NCBI GenBank assembly: GCA_030141605.1
Contig: JAQGDQ010000492.1
Span: 1 to 64,000, forward strand
Length of the DNA: 64,000 bases
Direction of reading: 5' to 3'
Origin: Tubiluchus corallicola
Taxonomy: Eukaryota; Animalia; Priapulida
Shown here piece by piece: positions 53,701 to 64,000 of this stretch (within the stretch, counting starts at the first letter, position 1; every line of letters begins with the position of its first letter). The position numbers and the translations under genes are program-made. The notes under the pieces were generated by a model. The model ran no database searches and was not told the origin of the DNA. It saw only the letters and a program-made list of their open reading frames with translations.

Positions 53701-56700
53701 TTGTGTGTTAGATCACATTTCTGATTACATTTTTATAAATCACTTTATCTATTGTTAGAAAAGAAGACGAGCCATTTCACAACAGAGTCCATAACATAGT
53801 TATTATTGACAATAGCATTCTTAATTCTTTTGTGACTGCCAAATGCTTCTGTGTTAATTGTGCTAACGATTCTACTTCAATCGTACACTATCATATTGAA
53901 TGGCCAAGCTGGCAAACCTGCAAGTGTTACCAAGCGTTGAATGTCCAAGCTGGCAAACCTGCAAGTGTTACCCAGCGTTGAATGGTCAGCCTGGTAAAGC
54001 TACAAGTGTTACTAAAAAGACACTGTTTTCTCATTATTCATTCATCCGTTTGCACAGCAGGCATTGCACTGGTTAGCTATTGCATACAAGCACGGGCGCC
54101 GGCAGGCGGACACACGTGCGTCCACAGAATTTCTTAAGAAAATTTTTTAATGGCTAAATAAAGTTTTTTAGCAGTAAACCAAGAAACATGCCAACCCTTA
54201 TTCGTTTGCGCAATCACCGAGCAGCCAGCTGATTTGCACAGTGAAGTTCTCGAGAATTCGCTTACATCAAAAAATGCCAAATCTGTTTTAATGTATCCCC
54301 GAAGTGCCACGTGACAATCTTTTGCAAAGTTTCAGAGCTTTAGGCTTTTTTTGGAAAATGATATTATTGTCATCACTTTGGATTCAAAACGGTAGATCAC
54401 AAATCTGAGGCCTTAGTCGATGCAGGTTTCCTTTTAGTTTTAGTTTAACTTTCATTGCGAATTCGGGAGGCTTATCTTTTTTTGAAACCTCAGTAAAAGA
54501 ATAACAACAAGAACAACATCTCATCAGCATCTAGATGAGCTCCTCGACCAAAAATGAGGTTGAGCACAAACCTATTATTCGTATTTATTAAATTGTTCGC
54601 ATGCTACTGGCCTGCTGCTGACCTGGAGAGTCAATACTTCTTAAATTTATTCGATAATTTGCAAAATGTTGTGTGTTAAACAGGAAAAAAACTGTGTCAC
54701 TATTTCACAACCATCAATGTCAAAAACCAATAACCATTGGGTGTGGCATGCTCTTTTCGCATTGTTCCACCAGTTGCATAAACAAATTTACAATTCTCTT
54801 ATTGTGCCACTTTATTTTTAGGTGTAAGCGGAGATAATACTTTCTTTCCTTTCGAATTTCAAGTTCCTCCTGTACCAGTAGAATGTCCCAGAGAACTACC
54901 GACGAAGATAAACAATAGATGCTATGCCTTCTTCGCAGCAGACAGTGACAGACGAAGTTGGGCAGATGCAAGAAACTTGTGCGGGAATCTAACAGATGGC
55001 GCCGCATTGATATCTATAGAGACACCAGAGGAACAGCGAGCAATCTCTCTCGAAATTAACAAACGGAGACCACTAGGTAAATTAAAAGAGCTACGTATAG
55101 TTGCAATTTTGACGGTGACGGCAGCAGCAGTACGTGTCGTTGGCGGTGACAGAGACAACAATGAGTAACAACAGTACAACAAAGTTGTTGCTGATGCTGT
55201 TGCTGTCATCCTTGGAATAATAATGACGAAGGTAGCAATGCTGACGACGATGATATCTATTATTTAGCTAAATCATAATAATTTGCCAAATAATAGCAGA
55301 AATATAGTCACAATAAATTGCTTATTTAAAAGAGTACTCAAAACTCATATTTTAAAAATCCAAAATACATGCTGTATAACTTCCACCTTTTACAACTTTT
55401 TATCTTACAAAATCTGAAATTTTAGATTTTTATAAGAGTACGAGGCGGAGGGTTCAGGGAGGGTCTTGGAACTCTCGGGGCAAATGAATTTAACATTTTC
55501 AGAGCAAAAGTTATTTTTAGGGAAAATAATTCTGTTTTAAAATTTATAAATTTAAGATTTCAATATTCAAAAGTTGTTTGCGTACTGCATTACAGCTTCT
55601 TACTGGTTGCAGTTAGTGTTTCTTGTACGACGAATAGTTTAAACTTTAAAAATCTTAAAGTTAGTAATACTGCCTGCTACCATCTTAGTTTAGTAAACCT
55701 CACAAGCCTTTATACTATATTTAAGTACAAACAAATCAATATACTGGTAAGGTTGTAGACATGTTCGCAAAAAGAAAACATAAGCAATTATTTCTTTTAA
55801 ATGTCTGAAATGTTAGAAAAAGTAAATCTGAAAGTATTTGTGTTTTTGTTCAGCGAAAATGCAATGCTTCAATCTTGTTAGACTAATGATTCTTTTTTAG
55901 AAAATGATAATATTATAATTTGGGTTTATTTCATTTGTATACATTTACTATTGCAAATGCTATGGAGTGTCGGGAGATGCTCCCCCCCCCCCCCATATGC
56001 CGAAGAAACCAAAAAGAACAGATAAACCGATACATGTATTATAAAGAGCCTTATAATTCTGAGTGAAGAACGTTTATCATAATGTCCTTATATAAATACA
56101 AATTGACGTAAACATATAGGCCTATAAGTGTAAATACTTTGTTTTAGATACTTTGTCAGTTTATGTATTACGTAGTTAAGTAGCCTGTTGTTTGCACTTA
56201 TTTTGAATATCCCTCAAACTTTGGGCAACTTGGAAAATTTTCAAGACAAATTACCCTTTGTGAAACTTCGACCTATATCTGGCGCCAAGTTCCGGCTGCT
56301 TTACTATCTTATCTTGGAGTTTATTTCATAGTGTCTTCCATACATACACTATTGAATATGATTATGGACTTCAACTATGCCATTACAACGAGACTATTAT
56401 CTGCAAATACGCAGAATAAATAATTCAGAACATCAAAACGTGGTGCAACCCAACTGATTAAACTGAACGAATGCTGTAAAACGCCATTGTATGATGAAAA
56501 CTAGAGTTTTAACATCATATATTCACATTCAGCCTTACCAAAATAATTTAAAATGATCAAATCTCTCGATTTCAGCTCACACGGGCTGGTGGACAGACGG
56601 GAGTAACAGAAGAGGACGAGGCATTTGGGTTTGGGAAGCAACGGGAGAACAGATCAAGTACAATCTATATGACACAAGATACAGACCAGGACCTTTCTGT

Positions 56701-56814
56701 CTAACTCCTGGAAGATGTTGTGTTTACATGCATGGTACAGGTCTGTACTATCCTTGGTACAGATATTACTGTACTTATGAGTTCAACTTCGTCTGCGAAT
56801 GGCAACAGTCATGA
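50703..56814 (+). CDS. Secreted i-type lysozyme (destabilase)-like / C-type lectin fusion protein, 366 aa; exons 50703-50784, 51361-51543, 53055-53263, 53562-53694, 54822-55076, 56576-56814
   Basis: All introns are GT-AG with matching phases 1,1,0,1,1; 1101 nt in frame. Signal peptide MERIVFSLAFLATVLMSTIAA. i-lysozyme motifs CFRCICQ..C..GC..CGAYDI..Y..W.SC..C..YMARY..C..THVGGP..FW..V..C. Linker VDGSQPLTGG..LQPG. CTLD CP..INNRCY..SWADARNLC..LISIETPEEQ..WWTDGS..WVW..C..W..C..FVCE. Confidence 0.82.
53897..54012. repeat. ~41-bp tandem repeat x3 in intron 4
   Basis: TTGAATGGCCAAGCTGGCAAACCTGCAAGTGTTACCAAGCG repeated with divergence. Confidence 0.8.
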
Positions 56815-59800
56815 AAACAAACAATTTTCCTTTTATTTGAGTTTGCTATATATATATGTGGTATTCACACAACATTAGAGGAATAATGAAGCATCAGAAG
56901 TGGATTCCTTGCCCTTAAGAACACATATTTAGACTCCAAAATCATTATCCAGTCTGCTCTGATAGCCAAGATAGAGCATTATAAGCTAGCATTAACTATG
57001 TCGTAGGTCATATAGAAAACTGCGGCCATGTTGCACGAATTTCGATTGACTCCATAACCAAAATTAATCACCTTAATGGGTTCTACCACTATGCAAAGTT
57101 TCATGCTTTTAAGTCAAAATGAGCATTTTTTCACAATTCTTGCAGACTAAATGCTTATTTATTTTGATCAAATGGCGGTAATTTTTTGTGACGTTAAAAT
57201 TAGATCCTATTTTGCCCAAATTTTGACCCATTTTGTGTATATTGTTCTTATCGCTAAGTACTACAAGAAAACACCAAAAAACGTTTTCTTGCAATGTTTA
57301 GGATTGGGGCTATTTATCCCTCTATTTATATATACATTGACCCTACTATAATATGGCATAAATCTATTGTAATAAATTTACTTAGTTTTAACTCTAATTT
57401 GCTACTTGTGGTTACAATGCACATGTGTACATGTGATTACTGTCCAGGAAGATGCAGTGTATTTACTTTGTCAAAATTGCTGATATAAACATTGTAATTA
57501 CAATGATACGATTTACAATAATCCAAACTAGTCTGGATTTAGAACATTAGGTTACTGGCTTGTCCAGTTTTTCTGCTCATGTCTGTTTTCAACCTTTTAT
57601 TATAATTATAGGAACTTTTTTATATTTCGACTTTTATACGTTTGAAAAGGTTTCGCACGCGGTACTGTTTTTACAAATTTTTGAAAGAAATATTGCTTCA
57701 TATATGGTCAATATAGTTATGACCATAATTTATACGGACAACAGAAACAGCTAGAATTAGAACTTGTTTATCTTTTCAGCAGTTCGCAAAAACATTAGTA
57801 CAATGTAACTGGAAGGAATTTTTAGTACATAACGAAGGTGACATGTGATGATAATTATTGTTAAGAAGATTGAAAAATTTGCAATAAAGTGACATATAAT
57901 TGCTACTATTTGCGCAATCAACGTACTGGCAGATTTTTTAGTTTTAGTGAAGTAGCATAAAATATATAGGGAATACAGGCTACTTCTTAGTATCACATAA
58001 ACTTTGAGTGGGTCTTTGACTTACACTGCTCACATTATTATGATGGCAACACATAATATATGTTATGCACCATATTAGTTAATGATGCTTGCACTTGTAT
58101 TAAATAATTTTATACAATCCTACAAATATACTAATAATTTTTATAACAATATACATATCATATGCATACGTGAATATACATCACACGGAATTTACACACA
58201 TACTAGGATGTTCGTACAAGCATGTGCACACAAGCATGTGCATACAAACATTGAATAAACAAGCACCGAAGAGAAATGAAAGTGATGTGCCGAGATTAGA
58301 ACCCATATAATTGGATCAGCTTATATCAGGCAATATATGTGGCAATGGTGTTTTACATAGAAAAAAACAGTAGTTGAAATTCTCAGCTATTCTGGGTCTA
58401 TGTGCTTAATGGCAACGCGCATCTCCATCAGACTGCAGCTGTAATTTTAAAGACTAACGTCGAAGGACCTAGTGGAGACAGCAACGGTCTTAGGAAGCTA
58501 CCCTGACAGAAGTAAAATAGTGAAAATATTTTTAATTGACTGTAAAAATTAATTTGCTAATGTAATGTGTAATGCAATAGTCAATGATCATGTACAAAAA
58601 GTTGTTGCAAAATTTAGTCAGATCTTGGTCAAACTTTAGCACATTGCATGAGATGTTCAAGCTATCCAAAATAGTACAACATAATATAAATTAAACAGGT
58701 AGGTTGACAGGTGGCTGCACGGATGAAGAACAACAAAATAATGATTTATAATTCCATGATGCGCACAATAAAACCACGCAATCTGTGGATCAATGCTGAA
58801 CACATGTATAATAATGCGTCATATGGTGCTGCCACCTGTTATTTATTTTCTATTCATGTTTTACATAGTTTCGAAGAAATAGTTGCAGGAATTTATAGCC
58901 TCTTGTTAAGTTAAGTTGCAGCAAAGCCTCCTGTTGAGACTTGAGGCAAGTTGGTGCTGCCGCCTATTAAGTGCTGAAGCGAATACTATAGCCGTTATTT
59001 GTTGGCGCTGCCACCTATTATTTAATGCTTGAGTTATGTAGTTTAGAGTTGCTTCCGTCGATTAATTCTAAACAACAAGCATTCTAAACAAAAACAAACA
59101 GCGAAACAAAATTATGACATCAAACAATAATTTATTTACATTCGAGAAAAATAATACTAAGACAAAATTAACTATTTACATTCCAGCACAATGACATTTT
59201 TAACATTCAAATGTATCATTTCACAAAGCATAATTGAATTTGAACAACAAAAGCAATTCATTTATATAATTATCGTTTCATAAAGCATAATAGAGAAACA
59301 AAAATTATTCATTTACATAGTAATCATTTCATAAAGCTTAATTAAATTTGAACAAAAAAATAATTTATTTACATAGTAATCATTTCATAAAGCATAATAG
59401 AGCAACACAAATAATTCATTTACATAGCACTTGTTTCATTCGAGCACAATATCTAGTCAAATCATAATGTATTTACTCTCGCTCACAATTATATCGAGTA
59501 AATCACAATAATTTACTTATATTCCAGCACAATATCGAGACAAATCATAAGAATTCATTCATAACCAAGCAGAATAACATCCAGTCAAATCGTAAAAATA
59601 TATTTACATTCGAGCACAATGTTTATACTATGAGTTAAGCTGTTATAACATTATGTTCTTATGAATATCACAAATATGTGCAGAAAGACTCATCACCAAA
59701 AATTTTATACAATATTAGTTCATATAAAATAATCAAAAATGCAATACAGTCAGAAAACTCAAGTTTAAATATCTTTTAGACGGACTAATAATACAATCCA

Positions 59801-61443
59801 ACTAACGAATCAAATTAACTATTATACAGTAAAATATAACATATACAATTTTTGTGAATAATGTAAATGAACCTGTTCAAATTTAAGCCTAGACACACTC
59901 TAACCAGGTTAAGACTTTCTGATGGATCACTATCTCAATTAAGATTATCTGATAAATTACTAATCTTTGGTCAATTTGTTACTTAATCAATCTTCAAATA
60001 AAGTAATAAAAAGTAATTAAGCAGGGTTCGGTCCTGCCACAAGCAATCCCTCCAGTAGAACAGCTGTCCAAGTTTACAGGGTACCGACCTAAAAACAAAT
60101 GTACGCATGTGCAGTAAATAAATACTTAAAAATAAATGCTGGCGTTTTGTAGCATTTAATGTTTTCTATTAAAATGTTTTATATGTTTCGGTTTGACAAC
60201 GTTCAATCATAATCTATTTAATCGAAATCATGGATCTTGCAAAATAGTTACAAAGTATCTGACAAAATCTAACAAACGCTTAATACTGTATTAATTTCCT
60301 ATAGCTTAACTAGATCTAGTTTAAATGTAGTAGAACAGTTACCTCAGAGTAGTTGAGAGTAGATTAGATCATATAAAATTTATACATAGTAGATCGACTT
60401 TTTGTTTTACCTGTAGTAAGTTTTATCTACCAAAATACTTTGTTTCAAACAAACCTTTCTGGTTATTAGTATTAGAAATTTGACATTTAATAGTAACTGC
60501 CTGCTAAATTTCGTCAGCTACTTTTTGACTACGTCAATCGTCATTTTTGCAATCGCTGGGATTTCCCTTAAACGTAGTTTTTTCTCATTTTGTTCTGTTA
60601 TTAACGGCTTTAATTTACTCATAATGGAATGCTGCAAATCCGAGACATATAATAGAAATTTTAATTTAACATCGTGTGGTACAATACGTCCTTTTTTAAA
60701 CAAAGCAACATGACGATATATTTTGGCAAAAAGAATCGTCGCCGTTACCCTAATTCGTTTCACTCCGCCGCTTTGTTCCTTGCCTGAATTGCCTAAACAC
60801 TGCTTTTTAGCGGAATTCTTTAGCTCAGCTCCGCTAATCCGATTAAAGAGATTAGTCTGTGGTCATCAACTATGAGATAAAGCGGTCACGAAGGTCAACG
60901 AAAGAGGCGAGGGGCGGTTAAGTGACTGGGAAATTGTTCAGTTTTTTCACGGTTTGGTATGCAGCAAAGGTGAATGTACAGGCCTGTATCGTTCGAAACA
61001 TTGTCCATGTGATCCGCACAGAAAAATGAGGAAGATGTTTTTACACCTGTATGAGACATGCCGACTTAGTCTGGTTGAGCTAATTATCTGTGAAATTGAA
61101 AAATAGCGCATGAACCTGTCCAAACTTGGAAAGACTCTTTTAAAATCAACTTTGCGTATTTAAGAACATTTATATAAATTGAGAAAAACGAATTGTAATT
61201 TAAACGATTAGCGACCAAGTGTACAAAAAAGCCTATTCACCATTCTTCAACTAGGTGAACTAGCATGAGCAGTTTGGTAGACAAAACAATGGACAGTATG
61301 GAAGATTATCCATTTACCGACAAGGCACAGCGTTGCTTAAATTCAGTCGATCCTTAACTCGCCGATTTATTTTTTAAATAAGTTAAAACGTGTTCTGAGT
61401 GAGTGCGTTTTATTCTCACTTTTTCGATATATTTTTGGAGTGT

Positions 61444-61770
61444 TCGAGCAAACCAATTGACATGTTGTCACATTGAACTCGAGCAAACCAATTGGCATGT
61501 TGTCACCCTGAACTCGTGCAAACCAATTGACATGTTGTCACCCTGAACTCGAGCAAACCAATTGACATGTTGTCACCCTGAACTCGTGCAAACCAATTGA
61601 CATGTTGTCACCCTGAACTCGAGCAAATCAATTGACATGTTGTCACCCTGAACTCGAGCAAACCAATTGACATGTTGTCACCCTGAACTCGAGCAAACCA
61701 ATTGACATGTTGTCACCCTGAACTCGTGCAAACCAATTGACATGTTGTCACCCTGAACTCGTGCAAGCCA
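61444..61770. repeat. Minisatellite, ~9 x 35 bp (TCGAGCAAACCAATTGACATGTTGTCACCCTGAAC)
   Basis: Seen directly; no spacers. Confidence 0.95.
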
Positions 61771-63059
61771 AAGGGCTTCGAGGCTCCCTAATTCAAATGT
61801 CGGCAGCTTAACTAATGTTCACACAAAATTAGCTACTTAATTATATGTAAGAACTTGTTATACTCTTAACGGAAGTTGGTAGCGCACAGCTTTTCTTCAG
61901 TCTCTGAACGTTGTGATTGGTGGAAGAATGGGAGCCCCCAGGCCTGAAACTCTCGCTACTTTAAACTCATTTTACAGATTACACAAGGCGCTTATTTCTC
62001 TCTTGTTGCTAAATCCTTCTTACGTTTATCGAGATCATTGAAATAAGCCTTCCGAGAAGGTTTGACCTTTTTTCTAAACTTTTAACTTCTTATAACGTGA
62101 AAAAATATAACGTTTTGTCTACTAAACACGATCAATTTTAGCCAGTGAACTTGAACTTGTGTTTTCTAGCATAAAATAAACATAAAATAGCTGCCCTGTG
62201 TCAACTACACTGTCACTGATCTTTGTGGAAAGTTCTGATATGTTCGAATAAAATGGATGAAATGATCTATGAAATTACATAACTTGATCTACTTACTTAT
62301 TTGTTATGTTACCTAGTTGCAACTCATTCATATTTAACAATAAAATTATATTTTGGTGACTGCCACTGACGCTGTAATGTATATTTCGTCATGTATAACA
62401 AGATTTTTCTATATCATCGTCATCCGTAGAATATGTGAAAGCAATTTTTACAACTCTGTAAGTTCAGCAAACACTTTTATAAGAGATGAATTGTGAATTT
62501 GGTTAATTGGCAATTATAATATTTTATACAAGATTTTGGTAATGATAATTTTGGTCAATTTTAATTCAACAACAATAATAATACTCATTTTAATCTGCAG
62601 AATTTTGTTAACTATAATTTCGTCAGATTACATCAGTTTGTTTGTGATGAACTGATTTCTTTTGAAAATATAAATCTTGTGATAAATTCGTGAACCAACA
62701 AACAAGCTTTGAAAAAACAACAACAGAAGGTGAATGAAAACACAATGAGTAAGTAAATAAGTAAAAAAACTTATAAATTAATAAAGTATCGATGAAGAAA
62801 TTAAGGAAAATAAACAGCGTATCATTGAATAACGGCTCAAGTAAATGTTTTACTGATGGTGACTGGTTGAAGAAAATACTGGAAATATCGAACTAATAGG
62901 CAGACAAGCAAATAAATAAACAAAGAGTGAAACAGACAGACAGATTTGATTTGAATCTTTATTTCAAACCTTGTTCATTTAAAAAAAATTGTAACACAGC
63001 ATACACAACACGTATTACAAAAAAGAAAACAAATCAATAAAGCCTCGTTCATATAAAAA

Positions 63060-63215
63060 TGACAGACAGACAGATGGACAAACCAACAAACAAACAGACA
63101 GTCAGACAGACACACAGACAGACAGACAGACAGACAAGACATACAGACAGGTAGACAGATAGAAAGACATATAGACAAACAGACAGGCAGATAAACAAAC
63201 AGACAGACAGACAAA
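63060..63215. repeat. (GACA)n degenerate microsatellite
   Basis: Seen directly. Confidence 0.85.
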
Positions 63216-63706
63216 CAAAAACAAGCAAACTTGCGAATGAAAGCAAAACGGGCAGCGAACAAAAAAACGACAAAATTGGAAAATTTTTGTAAAAAACACT
63301 TTTTTGAAAACTCAATACACCCATTCATATATTCCAAATGAGGGTAGTGATCTCCACTAATGTAATCTGATAAACAGCGATTGTACTCCTGTTCATATAT
63401 CTCATGAGGAATTTAAATATTGTTACCCCTTGGTGTCAGTAAACCTTATTAATGTAGCTTTGTACCGAGCCACCATTGCGAAAAAAATCACTAATAAATA
63501 CCATAATTTCCTAAAAATTAAAAGCCCCTGTAAAGTGTAGGCAGTTATAGCTCATTCACAGGACTGTTATCAGAGTAACAGTGCAGTTCAAACTTGAACT
63601 TGAATGTGCATAATATTGATCTAATTTATTACTTTATTTCAAATATAAGTATTCTGTTAAACGAAGAGTGATACTAATCATTACAGTTGTGAGAGATTCA
63701 CATACG

Positions 63707-64000
63707 ATGAGTAAGGTGTTAAGATTCGCAAGTTTAAATCTATGTCTATGGCTCACTATGGTCTGCACAGCTCAAAAAGACATCTACCCTCCAAAGCTAC
63801 TGTGCACACATCTGACAAGGACCTGCGACGCAGCAATCCAACGGTATCGCTGCATTATTGACTGTCCTCTTAGTCGTGACGAGTTTGTCAGTGGCGGCGT
63901 CTGTGGTCCATTTCTGACCACTTGTGAGTACAGGGATTTCGATCGATGTACCATCATCTGTGGTGGGTCAGGCCGCAGACTCTACGCCGGGGATTTATAT
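63707..64000 (+). CDS. 5' part of a Cys-rich secreted or membrane protein (partial, runs off the window)
   Basis: Acceptor TTACAG at 63686, ATG at 63707, 98 open codons to the window end: MSKVLRFASLNLCLWLTMVCTAQKDIYPPKLLCTHLTRTCDAAIQRYRCIIDCPLSRDEFVSGGVCGPFLTTCEYRDFDRCTIICGGSGRRLYAGDLY. Signal-peptide-like start and higher GC than the flanks. Confidence 0.6.
   Translation, partial: MSKVLRFASLNLCLWLTMVCTAQKDIYPPKLLCTHLTRTCDAAIQRYRCIIDCPLSRDEFVSGGVCGPFLTTCEYRDFDRCTIICGGSGRRLYAGDLY

Noticed and set aside
57600-58080. Hydrophobic minus-strand stretch reminiscent of a degenerate GPCR TM segment
   Set aside because: Many stops and no diagnostic motif; AT-rich DNA yields such peptides by chance.
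60010-60800. Possible minus-strand exons and ORF 60518-60763
   Set aside because: I could not assemble a coherent frame or recognise a domain.

Overview
AT-rich, microsatellite- and transposon-rich animal genomic DNA. A Pox neuro gene plus an i-type lysozyme-like gene suggests a non-vertebrate bilaterian; the species cannot be called from sequence. All recognisable host genes are on the + strand. (1) A dispersed cluster of four paralogous single-coding-exon type I membrane protein genes (signal peptide, divergent CUB-like domain, Notch-type EGF repeats, optional WAP 8-Cys module, TM, short tail) starting at 7593, 24337 (frameshifted pseudogene), 34405 and 45167. (2) A three-coding-exon Pox neuro paired-box gene (16697-19087) inside that cluster. 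(3) A six-exon gene (50703-56814, 366 aa), not visible as a single ORF, that fuses a secreted i-type lysozyme/destabilase-like domain through a Gly/Gln/Pro linker to a non-canonical C-type lectin domain. (4) The 5' end of a Cys-rich secreted protein that runs off the window end. Mobile and repetitive DNA includes an inverted duplication of at least 1.5 kb with an identity gradient, a solo LTR carrying heat-shock elements, an internally deleted Ty3/gypsy element, two Helentron-type non-autonomous elements (one carrying a 20x50-bp minisatellite), hAT MITEs with 8-bp TSDs, LINE remnants and a ~465-bp triplication. All domain calls are by-eye motif recognition; no searches or alignments were run.
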